A stretch of DNA of 64,000 nt from Prasinococcaceae sp. CCMP 1430 (GCA_013416795.1 RQSC01000032.1:186001-250000), one strand, 5' to 3'; positions 1 through 11,649 are shown, numbered from the stretch's first letter. The notes: a model not told the origin generated them from the letters alone. Translations and numbers: made by a program.

Positions 1-13
1 GCGTTACGTGCAG

Positions 14-1936
14 CCGCATGGCATGGCGGAGACTCTGTGCGGCTCGCCGCTGTACATGGCGCCTGAGATCTTGCGATTTCAGAAGTACGACGCCAAGGCC
101 GACCTGTGGTCGGTCGGCGCTGTTCTTTACGAGCTGCTTGTGGGCCGCACACCATACACCGGCGCCAATCACGTGCAGCTACTGCGAAACATCGAGAAGC
201 AGGACGTGCAAATCCCCACGCATGTCGTGCTCTCACCGGCGTGCGTGCAGGTCATAATGGGCTTGCTGCGACGCAACCCGGTGGAGCGCATGTCGCATGA
301 GGATCTGTTCGGCCACCCATTCGTGTCGGATTCCGCGCAGACGCCTGCGCAGCAGGCACGTGCGGGCAGCGGACAGGGCAATGCGCTGGGCGGCCAGGGG
401 CATGGGTTGGGCGGAAGTGTCGGTAGCGGCGGATCGAGCAGCGGCGGCGACTGCATGCCATTCGCGCTGGACGAGGGCAGCGGCGGCAGCTCAGGGGCGC
501 GAAGCAGTGGGAGCGGTGGTGCAGCAGGCACTAGGGCTGGCGTTGGGGGTTTGCGTGAGCAGCTGGTGCCGCCTCTGTATGGCCCGGGGGGGGTGGGCGC
601 TGCGATGGCCACGGCGCAGGGGGACGGTGGCGCCAGCACCAACGCGGACGTGGACGCCGCGGCGGCCGCGCTGGCAGCAACTGCTCGCGTTGATGTCTTT
701 GCTGCTGGCGCGCACTCGAACCCGCATGGCTCACAGCTGTACGGCCAGCTGCCAGCGGTGCCCGAGTCGCCGATGCGGCCAGGTGGCCCGCACGAGGGCG
801 GTGCGCTTGCACGCGCGGCGAGCGGGGCCGACGAGGACGAGTGGGAGGTAGTTGTCTCGCCCGAGCAGGGGAGTGCTTCGCATGAGTCCGGTGCGCCTCA
901 ACCCGCGCAGACTGTCGATTGCCGCCGCTTGCACCAGCCGCCGCCGCCGCAGCAGCAGCAGCAGCAGCAGCAAACGATCACACCATCTCGCGGTCGTTCG
1001 ACTTCGCTGGCGAGTGGACTCCCAGCCGGTGGCGCGTCGCCGGCGTCGGTACCTCTCTCGACCGCGCTTCAGTCACCTGCGCAGCTACCGCTGGGGGCCG
1101 GCCCATTCTCGCACGGTGGATCGCCAGCGGGGCTCCCCGGTGCCTTGCCACCGGGAATGCCAGCTCCCTCGCCGCTGCCCTTGCCCGTGCCTGTGGCTGC
1201 AGGCCAGTACGGCCTTCCGGGTGGCGATGCGATGCCCAGTGGTGCGCCTGCGCCGGCGGCGGCGAGCTCGCCGGAGGAGCGCACGCGCGTGCTGCAGGAT
1301 GGCGCGGCCGCACTTGCGGCACTCGCAGCGGGCGCAGTTGACAGGGGTGAGCCACGCGCTGCAGCATGCTACCACCTCGTGCAGCTCGAGGCGCTGTCGG
1401 CCGCGAGGCGCATCGCTGAGCAGGCCCTCGCGGCCGCCTCGCCCGCGGCGGCCGCTGCTGCTCAGGGCGTGGTCGCAAGCGTCACAGCGGACTTTTCTGC
1501 GGCCGCTGGCGCAGCAGAATGTGCGGTGGGGGCGCTGTCGGAAGGCGCCGCAGGTGCGGGCGTCCAGGACGACGCACCGGTGGCCGACCCACTCGAGGTT
1601 GCGTATGAGGGGGCGCTAGCGTCGGGACGCGAGGGTGCGGCGGAGGAGCTCATGGAGAGGCACACCCGCGCAGCCGCGGCGTACGGCAGAGCTGTGGCTG
1701 TGCTCACCATGCTCGCCACGGAGGGCTCCACGCTTGCGGCGGCAGCGGCGGGGCTTGCCAAGGGCGCGGGCGGCGACGGTGGTTCCGACGGCAGCACAGG
1801 CGGCAGGAGCACGCTGAGCACGGAGGCGCGCGAACGGATGCTGTCGTACGCCTCGGCTATTGGCGCACGCCTGCCCGTGTGTGAACGCGCCGCGGCGCAG
1901 ACGGGCGGCGGTCGCGCACGCAGCAAGACGCGATGA
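14..1936 (+). CDS. ATG1: Serine/threonine kinase ATG1, 3' part (kinase C-lobe, disordered linker, C-terminal helical region); 5' exons lie outside the window
   Basis: AETLCGSPLYMAPEILRFQKYDAKADLWSVG is the ATG1/ULK activation-segment signature. A CAG acceptor at 11-13 opens the exon; stop TGA at 1934-1936. Confidence 0.9.
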   Translation, partial: PHGMAETLCGSPLYMAPEILRFQKYDAKADLWSVGAVLYELLVGRTPYTGANHVQLLRNIEKQDVQIPTHVVLSPACVQVIMGLLRRNPVERMSHEDLFGHPFVSDSAQTPAQQARAGSGQGNALGGQGHGLGGSVGSGGSSSGGDCMPFALDEGSGGSSGARSSGSGGAAGTRAGVGGLREQLVPPLYGPGGVGAAMATAQGDGGASTNADVDAAAAALAATARVDVFAAGAHSNPHGSQLYGQLPAVPESPMRPGGPHEGGALARAASGADEDEWEVVVSPEQGSASHESGAPQPAQTVDCRRLHQPPPPQQQQQQQQTITPSRGRSTSLASGLPAGGASPASVPLSTALQSPAQLPLGAGPFSHGGSPAGLPGALPPGMPAPSPLPLPVPVAAGQYGLPGGDAMPSGAPAPAAASSPEERTRVLQDGAAALAALAAGAVDRGEPRAAACYHLVQLEALSAARRIAEQALAAASPAAAAAAQGVVASVTADFSAAAGAAECAVGALSEGAAGAGVQDDAPVADPLEVAYEGALASGREGAAEELMERHTRAAAAYGRAVAVLTMLATEGSTLAAAAAGLAKGAGGDGGSDGSTGGRSTLSTEARERMLSYASAIGARLPVCERAAAQTGGGRARSKTR

Positions 1937-1998
1937 CGCACCGCACGCGACCGGCGGAGACGCGCGGCCAATGGCATTAATAGCGGGAAAATTAAACA

Positions 1999-4029
1999 CT
2001 ACTGTGCCTCGGGCGCGTGCTTGCGGTACTCAGCGGCCTCCTCCCACGTGAGCTGCGTGCAAGGATCGACTATTGGCTCCGGCCACTCGTCGGGCGACAC
2101 CAGAGTATCAAAGGGCCAGTGCGCATCCGGCACGCGCGCCTCGTCCCGCAGCTGCGACAGCCAAGCGCGCACGTACGTCCCCCGCGGGTCGTATCGCCTC
2201 CCCTGCGAGACAGTGCGGAAGTGCCTCTCCTTGGGGTCGGCACCCGTGCCAGCAAAGTACGACCAGTTCCCCCAATTGCTCGCGACATCCGAGTCGACCA
2301 GCAAGAACTCAAACAGCTCGGCGCCCGCTCTCCAGTCGAGGCGCAGATCCTTGGCAAGTACACTCGCGGCGTTCTGCCTCACGCGGTTTGAGCAATAGCC
2401 CGTTGCTGCCAGCTCCCTCATGGCAGCATCGACGAGCGGCAACCCAGTGCAGCCGCGTGCCCACGCCGTCCATGCATGCGTGTTGGCAGCGGTGCTGGGG
2501 TCGAGCCAGGATGGCTCTGGGTCGCCACCGCCGACCTGCCCGGTGGTGACGTTCACGCGCTCAGGCGTGAGAGCCTTGAGCGGCGCGAGCGAATAGAGTC
2601 TTGCCCCGAGCGACATGGCCTGCGCCGCGAAGAAATCGCGGATCTCGAGGTGGCTTCCAACCCAGCGAAGCCTGTTGGCCAGCGCCTCATCACTACAAGC
2701 GCGCATCGCGGTCTGGACACGCGCGTGCACTTGGCGCGGCGAGACGCAGCCGGTGGCCAGATAGGCGCCCAACTTTGCAGACCCATCGACGCCCACCCCT
2801 GCGGCACCTCGGTCCGCGCTCGCAGCGGGCGGCTCGAGGACAGCACCTGCAACCCCGCCGTCGTCCGCCGCGCGCGCGTTCCCATGGTTGCCGACGCCCT
2901 CGGCATTGGGCCTGCTGCTGGTGTAATCGTCATCGCCTGTGCTGTCGGCGGCGGCCGCGTCGCCAAGGAAGTGCTCGAGTCGCGCCAGGGCAGCGCTCTC
3001 GCCACCACAGAGAGGATGCGCGGACAGTGCCACATGCGGGGCCTCCGCGGCGGCCACTGCCGACTCGATGAATTCTGGCGGTAGGCCGAACAGCGGCCTA
3101 CGTGCTGCAGGATGCTGCAAGAGCATTGGAGAGAGGAGCTCTCGCAGCTCCGGAATGTCGCCACATTCCGCCGCGGGCGTGCCCGGCGGCGGCGGCGGCG
3201 GAAGCGACGTCGGGACGGGCACTGGTGCGCGCACGGTAGCTGACGCTCGCGCAGCGCGCCTCCACTCGCCCATGACGCGCGGCTGGCCCGCGTAAGGAGG
3301 CGGCGTCGCTCGAGAGGGCCTGGCAGCGCCCGTGCGAGTGCGTTGCTGCTGTTGCGAGGGCGGCGGCGAGGGTCGCTGCGAGCCACGCCACTTCCTCCTC
3401 GCGCGTTCGGTCTTCTTGCGAGCGCGTGAGCCCCGCTTGGGGTCACGCGGGTGCGCGAGCCTCGTCCACTCCTCAGCGGTGGCGGGCAGGTCGTCCGGGT
3501 GAAAAAGAGCGTTCACACCGCGCACTGGCACAGCGCAGAGCGCATGGCCTCCTGTGCCGCCATTGCTCCAGCCAATCTCTTTCAGGTACCTCTGCAGCAG
3601 CTCCTCCTCACGCGCTTCGTCGCTCTCCGGCGGCGAGCCCGCTGCATAAACGATATCGACCGGCCCGCCGACGGACTTTGATATTTGCATCGCGATGTCG
3701 GCGACCACGCGGGGCGCGTCCTCGCTGCCGTCGGCGGCGCACCGCCGCACAATGAGCTCGGAGCCACGCGCACGCAGCGCCTGCCGCAGGTCCGCCAACG
3801 CCTCGAGCGCAAATCGCGTGGCGAAGGGCCCCGCACCCGCACCTCCCGCATCCCAGGCCTCTGGCGCGCACGTGCTCGCGCGCCGCCGGCGCGCACCGCC
3901 GCCCGCGTCGAACACGTACACCGCCGCGAGGCACCGCGGTGCCGGCGCCGCGAGCGCAACTGAATAGAGCGGGTTGTCGCCGAGCCGCAGCTCGCGCCTG
4001 TGCCACACGACGGCGCTGCGCGTGGCCAT
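1999..4029 (-). CDS. Cryptochrome/photolyase family protein, CRY-DASH-like, with long low-complexity insertions
   Basis: N-terminal VVWHRRELRLGDN and ALADLRQALRARGSEL. FAD domain: GCTGLPLVDAAMRELAATGYCSNRVRQNAASVLAKDLRLDWRAGAELFE...SNWGNWSYFAGTGADP...YDPRGTYVRAWL. First ATG at 4029. Confidence 0.85.
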   Translation of the reverse strand: MATRSAVVWHRRELRLGDNPLYSVALAAPAPRCLAAVYVFDAGGGARRRRASTCAPEAWDAGGAGAGPFATRFALEALADLRQALRARGSELIVRRCAADGSEDAPRVVADIAMQISKSVGGPVDIVYAAGSPPESDEAREEELLQRYLKEIGWSNGGTGGHALCAVPVRGVNALFHPDDLPATAEEWTRLAHPRDPKRGSRARKKTERARRKWRGSQRPSPPPSQQQQRTRTGAARPSRATPPPYAGQPRVMGEWRRAARASATVRAPVPVPTSLPPPPPPGTPAAECGDIPELRELLSPMLLQHPAARRPLFGLPPEFIESAVAAAEAPHVALSAHPLCGGESAALARLEHFLGDAAAADSTGDDDYTSSRPNAEGVGNHGNARAADDGGVAGAVLEPPAASADRGAAGVGVDGSAKLGAYLATGCVSPRQVHARVQTAMRACSDEALANRLRWVGSHLEIRDFFAAQAMSLGARLYSLAPLKALTPERVNVTTGQVGGGDPEPSWLDPSTAANTHAWTAWARGCTGLPLVDAAMRELAATGYCSNRVRQNAASVLAKDLRLDWRAGAELFEFLLVDSDVASNWGNWSYFAGTGADPKERHFRTVSQGRRYDPRGTYVRAWLSQLRDEARVPDAHWPFDTLVSPDEWPEPIVDPCTQLTWEEAAEYRKHAPEAQ

Positions 4030-4224
4030 CCTCGGTGCTGCGTCCAGGGAGCCGCCTTGACGACTCCCCGCGCCCCCAGGCGCGCGACCCGCCAGCGCTC
4101 CCGAGGCGCCGTCTGGCTCGTCTCCACGCCCGCGCCCACCGCCCCCCAGCGAGCACCGCCGCGCCGCCACGCGCGCGCGCCCGCGCGATCCAAAACACGA
4201 GGTTTAGGTTCACGCAGTGAAAAA

Positions 4225-4234
4225 GGGTTTAGGG
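4225..4234 (-). promoter_or_regulatory. Telo-box-like motif (GGGTTTAGGG) in the CRY-DASH/OPR-RAP divergent promoter
   Basis: Plant-type telomere unit in an AT-rich island; a second partial copy at 4201-4210. Confidence 0.5.
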
Positions 4235-4301
4235 CCACGCGAGGTCGCCAGCGTACCGCTCACCCCCGCCGCGCCGCCGCGCGCTCACGGCGCCGCCATA
4301 G

Positions 4302-6693
4302 ATGCACGAGCCACTTCCTCTGTCCCATAGCGCGCGGGGGAGGCGCCTCGTGCCGGGGGGCGCGAGCGGCACGTGCGCGTGCTCCGAAGGGCTGGCGTGC
4401 ACGTGCACGGCGTGCGTCTGTGCGCGCTGCCCGTGCAAGCCGGAGCGCGTGCTCACGGCGGCGCTGCGGCGCGCGCCCGACGCGGAGCAAATAGACAAAC
4501 TTGCCAAGCTGCACTGGGGCAGGCTGAACGGCACGCACGTCGCCGCGGGGCTCAACAGGCTGGCAGAACTCGCCGCTTCGCACGAGAGCACACAGGGCGA
4601 TGGCAACGAGCGCGCTCCTCTGGACATTCTTCTCGAAGTGCTCGAGCGACCGGGCACGCTCTCCCACACAGAAACGCGCACCGTATCGACGTGCATGTGG
4701 GCACTCGCAGCGTTGCACGCGCCTGCCGAACGCGTGCCGCACACGCTGCTTGCGACGGTGCAAACCGCGGCGGACTCGGGGCGCTTTTCCGCGCGCGACG
4801 CATCCATGACTGCGTGGTCGCTCGCCACGCTGTCGCGGCACGGCGCGCGGGGCGAGCGACGCGTGCGCGACGACGCGCTGCTTGAAGCGGTCGGCGGCGC
4901 CGCCCGCGCGACGGCTGCTGAGGCCGGGGCGCGCGACGTGAGCAACTTGCTCTGGGCTGCAGCGACATTGGGCTGTGCCCAACTCGCCGGGGGGGACGCG
5001 GCGGTCCGTGTCTCCACCGAACTCACACGCCGAGGGAAGCTCACACCCAGGCACCTGGCGAGCTGCGTGTGGGGCGCCACAAGGCTCAACATTAGCGGCA
5101 GCGGCAGCGGCAGCAGCATCAGGAGCAGCTGTAGCTCCATTGTCAGCAGCGCAAACGATCGCGGACATGCGTACGGTGAGGATTTGGCGCTTGGCATGCA
5201 GGACGGCACGGGGACGTGCTGCGCTGAGCGGAGCAAAGGTGGCATCGATGGGGTTGTCCTGAATGCTTTGTTGGATGCGGCCGCAGACGGGCTCACGCGC
5301 GGGGTCCTTGGCACGGCCGGGGACAGTGAAGCTGGCCCAACTGCGAACAATGGCGCGCACGCGAGCGCAGCCGACGTGTCGAACATACTCTGGGCTTTTG
5401 CGGCCGCGCGCCGCCACCCAGGCGCGCACGCGTTCGACGAGCTCGCGCGGTCGACCGAGGCGCTCGCTGTTGCAGGCACTTTCTCGCCAGCTGAGACAGC
5501 GTCGGCGCTCTGGGCTCTCGCGACGCTGTTGCCCGCGCAGCGCTGCGCGGGGGGCTGCTGCGCCGGACGGGCAGCCGTGCGCGCGCTCGCGGCACGTGCG
5601 ACGGACATCGCACATGAGTTTGGCCCCCATGAGGCCGCCAACGCCCTGTGGGCGCTGGCTGCTGCTGGAAATTACGGGCCTGCGACAAGGGTTCTTTGGC
5701 AGCGTGTGGAAGCCTTGTTTCGTGAGGGTCCGTCTGAGCGCGAGGATGGCGGCGGCGACAGTCCGGCGCTCGGCGTCGAGAACACCGACAGGTCGACCTT
5801 CGCCCGCGCCGCGCTCAGCCAGCTTTTTCAGGCACATTGGGCGTTGGCGGAGCACGTCAATGCCACATCTGCGGCCGCATCGCACCAGCATGCGCAGGAT
5901 CATTGCAGCTGCTCAGAAGCGAGCGCGGCCGCTGCAGCGTTGGAAGCTGCAGAACGAGCCCTGCGAGCGAGCGAAGGGGTCGTTGTAGCGGCCTGGGGAG
6001 CGGGCGTGCACGAAGTGCGCACATCTGCACTCCAGAAGGAGGCCGCACGTAGTGTCGAGAGTATGCTAGGCGCAACTTGTATCCTCGAGGCCCCAGTCGA
6101 GCTGGGTGCTTGCGAGGCACTGTGTGTGCCATTGGTCACCGACGTGCTCGTGCAGCTGCCGGACGCGGAGGGTGGGGGCGACGTTCTCCTTGAGGTGCGG
6201 CATGCGCGCGGAGAGGAGGCGCCGCCGCCGCATGTCCGACATGCGCAGACTCGCTCTCACGCTCTCTGTTCGCCACTGCGTGTGCGCTGACCCTAACGGA
6301 CCACGGCCCCGAATCCAACACACCATGTAGGTGGACGGCCCCTCACACTTTGTCATGCCGTGCGGTGGCGGCACTGGGGGCGCCACACCGCTTGCGCCGA
6401 CTGGCGCGACAGTTTTGCGCGATAAGCTGATGCGCGCGGGGTCACGCGGGCGTCGCGTGACGCGCTTGCGCTACGACGAATGGGATGCCGTGCAGGGATG
6501 CAGCGCCGCCACGTTGGCATTGCTGAGGGGCGTGCTAGGCACTTCTCCCACACACGGCACGGATTCTGCCTATGGAGGGGCACGCTCCGCTACGTCGCTG
6601 GCGCCGCCCGGAGTCGCCTTGCTGACGCCACCCGCGTTGTCATCGCGGCTCGACGCGTCAGCGCCAGCGTTCGTGCCGCGCGGCGCACGCTGA
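4302..6693 (+). CDS. OPR-like helical-repeat protein with C-terminal RAP domain (organellar RNA binding); intron 6195-6330
   Basis: Repeated motifs of the type (F/L)x(P/A)x(D/E/H)x(S/A)NxLWAxAxL, e.g. ARDVSNLLWAAATLG and FGPHEAANALWALA. Splicing GAG|GTGCGG...TAG|GTGGAC restores the RAP motif LLEVDGPSHF. TGTAA at 6797-6801 downstream. Start uncertain. Confidence 0.8.
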
Positions 6694-6837
6694 GGGTGCC
6701 CAGATGCGGCAGTGCACACATTCCGTCAAACCTCGCTGTCGACACTGTGCGGTGGCCAGGCCACTTGTAGTGGCCTGGCCGCATGTATTGTAGTTCTGTA
6801 ACTAGTCCTGTGCTTTCTTTTGTGCGAACAAGGAAAA

Positions 6838-9549
6838 TCACTCTGCCGCCGTGGCGCCCTTGCAGCCGTGCTTCATCGCCTCCAGCGCGCGAGCAGCGCC
6901 GGACAGCGTGTAGATGCCACGGCCCATGGTTGCCAGCGCCAGCGTATCGGACGTGGCATCGTAGTCGAGCCCCGACGCGAGCACGAGCGGCAGATCGGTG
7001 TACTCGCCGACGCGCACCCAATTTGCGCTCACCGTGACGCCCACAGCGAGACCAGCTTCGACAAAGGCCGCGAAAACGCCAGCCGTCGTGGACGCCAGCA
7101 GCGCGTGGGCGCCCTTTGACGACAAAGGGATGAGACAAAGGCCCGACACACGCACACGCCGCGCAGGGCTGACCGCCTTCAGCCCCCGCAAGCAGAGAGT
7201 GCGTGCCAATCGCGTTGATGTCAGCGATCCTGCAAGTAATTGGCACGCGCAAGTACGCGCGCGAGGCCACACGCACGCGCACGCGCGCGTGCGCCGAACG
7301 CGCGCGCGCGCACCTCGACCAGGGCCTTTGATGACGCGTCGACCCACGTGCGACCCTCGTCTGCGCTGACGAACACGCGCTCCTCGCCCCCGTTATCAGA
7401 AACGCGCGGCCAGCCGCCCACCGCCACGAGCGTCGCGTCTGCCGGCGATTGCGCGAGGCTCACTGTCATGTCGTGACTCACTGGGCCGAGCACAATATCC
7501 CCCTCCTTGTCATAGTTGAGCGTCACTGGTGTCGCGTACGAGGACGGGAGGGCGTAAGCACGCAGGGTGTCCGCGCTCTTGGCTGACGCGTGCATGATGT
7601 GTGTGGCATTCAAAGCCGCGATGCCATTCGCGTCCTCCGACGCCGCGCGGCCGTACAACAAAGTGAAGACGGTCGTGCTCTGTGTAGGCACCCTCAGGAT
7701 GGGCTTCCCTACGGGGCCACTGTGCGGGATGGCGACCTCGTAGAATCCACCCTGCGTCGATTCCGTGGCGGCCGCCCACAGCATGAGCTTCTCCGGATCG
7801 ACCGCATTCACGGCGAACGGCGAAACAAAAAAAGGAAATGCCTTCTCCGGGAACGTCGAGCTCAGCGGTATTGGCACTTGCTTGCTCCCCTCAAAGTAGC
7901 CGAAGCTAAAGGTGTCGTTTCGAATCTTGTTGTCGTCGTCTTCTACCTGCCCGAGGAACTGCGTGGAGCCGAAGAAGCGCGCGGGAGAGACCGAGCGATC
8001 GATGTCTGTGAGGGTGCCGTCGCCGAATTCGACGCAGAGCGCACGCGAAGGAGAGGGAGCCGCGCTGCCTAGTAGCACGCAGTTGTCTTGCGCGCCGGCC
8101 ACCCAGCTGCCGTCTCTAGCATCGTAGCGCACGGATAGCAGCTCGATGGCCGCAATGTCGCCCACCAAGGACGTCCATTTGCCTCCAGACTGAGCGGGGG
8201 CGCTGCGTCTGAAGACCCCGCCGTCGCTCGTCAGGAGGAGGCTCGCACTCTCGTCGTCCCATGCAAAATTCCTGCAGTCGCAGTGCGGCTCTGCTCCGTC
8301 CGATGTGTCTCCTCCCAGGAGCGAGTCCCACGAGGGTGCGGGGCCACGCCAGTCCGTGACGCGCCACGCGACGTGGTCAGCATTGCCCGCGACGTACAGC
8401 GTCTTGTCATCACCCGGTGCGAAAAGAAGCGCCATGCGGTCTTTAGGCTATTGGTGGGAGGGAGCGGAAGGGACGGGCGCGCACGTCAGCTTGTGTGTAA
8501 CTTCGGCAGGGGAACGGGCTTCCGCAAGCTTGTGACCTGCCAGCGGGCGCGCAGGCACGCACCATCGCGTCACCATCCAAGGACTCGGGCATGTCTATGG
8601 GATGCCACGCGCCCTCGGCGCCGCTCGAGGCACCCATGTCGCGCCAGAACATCGCCGAGCTCGTGCGCGAGGGGGTTTTAAGGTCCACAGTGAGTGCGCC
8701 AAGTGCGACGCTGATCGTGTCAGGGGTGCGCACCACCGCGAGCGTTGGGTAGAATGGCAGCTGCCCGGTGGGCCACGCGATGCCATCAGCCCACATTGCC
8801 CAGCTTGTGCCGCCGTCCGTGGACAACGCGGTTGCGGCGCCGGCCTCTGCCATGGCGAGCGCCGCGACGTACGTCTGGCCATCGCCAGCGCTCACCAGCG
8901 AATAGATAGGCTTTGAGAGGGTCTGCTCGCACCGCACAGGAATGCCAGTGCTCGTCCGCGCTCGCGCGTATGCGTCGTCCTCCCCGCCCCCGCCTGCCGT
9001 GCACACGAACATCCCGCCGTCGTTCTTGTCAACGAGGGTAGACCGTGTGCCGACAAGCAGCGTGCTGGAGTCGACGTGCTCGAGAGCGCTGACATAACGC
9101 CCTTCGAGGCTCGCGCCGCTTGTGTCGAACGTGAGCATTGACCAGCTGTCGCCGCCGTCAATGGTCACCATAACGCCCCCCCAATGTCCCGAGTTGACGA
9201 TGTCCCATCCATCGACGCCTCCCATCTCGGAACTGCTCGACGGTCCGCATCCCGCGAAAGCGACCTTGGGATCGAGCTCAGACACGGTGAGGGCCGAGAT
9301 AGACGCGCACGACACAGGCTGACCGTCGAGGACGTTCGCCCAATGCGGAGGCGTCGCTTCGTCGCCCAGCGTGTCGAGCGTTCGCCAGATGCCGCCGTTG
9401 ACGGTGGCGGCGAGCCACGCGCGCTCGCCGCGCGCTGTGCGCACCGCGGCGGCGGCGTGGGTCGCCGAGGCGCTCGCCATCTTGGTGGCGTCGCTCTGCT
9501 GGACGTAGCCGCCCCGCGGGCCCGCGAACGCCCACGGCGCGGCGCACGC
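6838..9549 (-). CDS. Large Asp-box (BNR)-repeat beta-propeller protein of bacterial type (sialidase/VPS10/GH74-like fold); multi-exon, 5' end lost in N gap
   Basis: Asp boxes VTIDGGDSW, LSTDGGTSW and VSADEGRTW. Other motifs: WLAATVNGGIWRT, SVRYDARDGSWVAGAQDN, C-terminal LDYDATSDTLALATMGRGIYTL. Intron 8448-8562 gives DGDAM|PKDRMALL; a second intron starts at 7313 (acceptor uncertain, about 7180). Confidence 0.7.
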
Positions 9550-9772
9550 NNNNNNNNNNNNNNNNNNNNNNNNNNNNNNNNNNNNNNNNNNNNNNNNNNN
9601 NNNNNNNNNNNNNNNNNNNNNNNNNNNNNNNNNNNNNNNNNNNNNNNNNNNNNNNNNNNNNNNNNNNNNNNNNNNNNNNNNNNNNNNNNNNNNNNNNNNN
9701 NNNNNNNNNNNNNNNNNNNNNNNNNNNNNNNNNNNNNNNNNNNNNNNNNNNNNNNNNNNNNNNNNNNNNNNN

Positions 9773-9805
<33 letters not shown>

Positions 9806-10549
9806 CTCCCTTCCGTCCTTCGCCGCGCCGGGCCCACGCGACGTCACGACGTGCGCCCGGGCGTAGCAGGTGACCGTTCGGGGGACCCGCCTTTGCTTCG
9901 ATGGCAGAGTCCAGTTTCCACTCGCCGCGGCGGCGCTCGGCGCACCCCGCAGATTCGTGCAATCCGAAACGCGGCGCCGGCGCGGCGTTCGCATGCGTTT
10001 TGAGCTCCTCGCGTTCCCCGAGCGGCGCGGCGGGCGAGCGCGCGGCGGGGGCGCGCGGTGGGAGCGCGCGTGGCTTCAACCCAAACGTCGCTCCAACGGC
10101 GCCGGCGCGATCTTCAATGTGTAATGATGTGTACTTTGAACCCTAATTTGAATTACCGTTAGGAGCGGGCGCGCGCGCGGCGCGCGCCTGTGGCCATCCG
10201 TTTTCGCGCCGGCGGAGCGCGCGGTATCCGGCGCGCGGGGGGCGCGGGGGCCGGAGCGGCCGGGGGAACCCTCTGACAGCATCGCGCAGGCGCGGCCTCG
10301 GAAGGATACGCCGACGCCGCGCGGATTGGCGCTCGAATGCGGAAGCCGGCGATCGGTGCGCTGCGCCGCGCTCTGCGCGCGCGCGCGCGCGCGTGGGCGC
10401 TGCGCGCGCCGATGCTGCGATGCGGCGATGCGCTGGCCGCTTCCGGGAGAGGCGTGGCCGGCGCGACACAACGCACGCACGCGCGCACTGGTGCTCCGTC
10501 CCAAGCGCGTCCTCATTCGCAAAGAAAGACGTGCTTCCAGTCTACAGCC

Positions 10550-11649
10550 ATGGGGGATGCCAAGGTGAGCGCCGCGCGCCGCTGCCGGTGCAGCTGCAAC
10601 CGCTGCTGTTGCAGCCGCTGCTGCAGCTCCTGCCGCAGCCGCTGCCGCAGCCGCTGCAGCGCGCGCCAGCGCGCACGCGCACCCGACCGCGCCGCCCGTC
10701 CGTGTGCTCACGCGTGCCGCGCTTGTGCGCGCCCGCACCGTAGAAGGCCACGCTCACCAAGAAGCCCTCGCTTGGTAAGCGCATGACTCGGTGGATGGCC
10801 GCCGACGGCAAGACGCCTGGCGATCGCCGCCGTGAGGCAGAGGCCAAGGCCGCGGCCGCGAAGGCCGCCGCGGCAGCGGCGGCTGCCGCGGCCGCGGCTG
10901 CTGAGCCTGCGGCTGCTGCTCCGGCCGAGGAGGAGACGAATGTGGATGCAGACTCGACCGTTGTGGAGGATTCTGAGGACGCGGTCAACGCAAGTAAGGC
11001 CGACGACACCGCTGGCAATGCCCAGTCTGCCGAACCCGCCGAGGTGTCGGTGGAGGTCACCGACGACGCGGACGCCGACGATGGCGCGCTGGCGACCAGG
11101 GACCCCAACTTGACGCTGCACGATGCTTGGAAGGGACCCAGCGCTGACGTGCAGGACGTCGTCTCGCCCGGAGATTCGGTCTCGGAGGCGGCCGCTGAGG
11201 CGGTCGAGACCACTGCCACGCAGGGTCGCACCAAGGTGGTTAGGTGCGTTGAGGCGCGTACGCCCGCGCCGTTGGGCGCACGCTCGCGCGCATTGCACGC
11301 CCGGCAATGAGTGCGTACTGACCCTTGCCCGACCGCCCCTCACGCGTTCGATGACTGCAGCCAAGCCGTCGCCGCCGGCGCACTGTTCGTGGCGGGGTCC
11401 GTCGCGTGGCAGTACGCGCTTGACCGCCGCTCCGGCGTGGTTTCCACCTCAACCACGGAAGTCGACGTGGAGACCAAGTCGGCCACGGAGGTGGCGCTCC
11501 GCGAGCCCGAGCAGGTGTGCCTCGCCCGGCCTGTGTCGGAGAGCATCGGCTACAAGAGCGCGTGCGTGCGCTGGGCTGAGGGCGGGATGCCCACGACCGA
11601 GCCGGCCAAGAGGCATCTGCCCCGACTCGTGCTCGAGAAGCTCGAGTAG
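10550..11649 (+). CDS. Hypothetical Ala/Asp/Glu-rich protein with one predicted TM segment near the C-terminus; introns 10565-10743 and 11244-11360
   Basis: Canonical GT-AG junctions join three in-frame segments (MGDAK|KATLTKK...GRTKVV|SQAVAAGALFVAGSVAWQYAL...LEKLE*). No family recognised. Confidence 0.6.

Noticed and set aside
4229-5903. Long antisense or alternative-frame ORFs here and throughout (e.g. 15356-17866, 44200-46305, 46965-48953, 57097-58785, 58942-60321)
   Set aside because: Expected shadows of real genes in very GC-rich, stop-poor DNA; Arg/Ala/Pro-rich with no motifs.
6331-6693. Separate 120-aa gene
   Set aside because: It is the last exon of the OPR-RAP gene.
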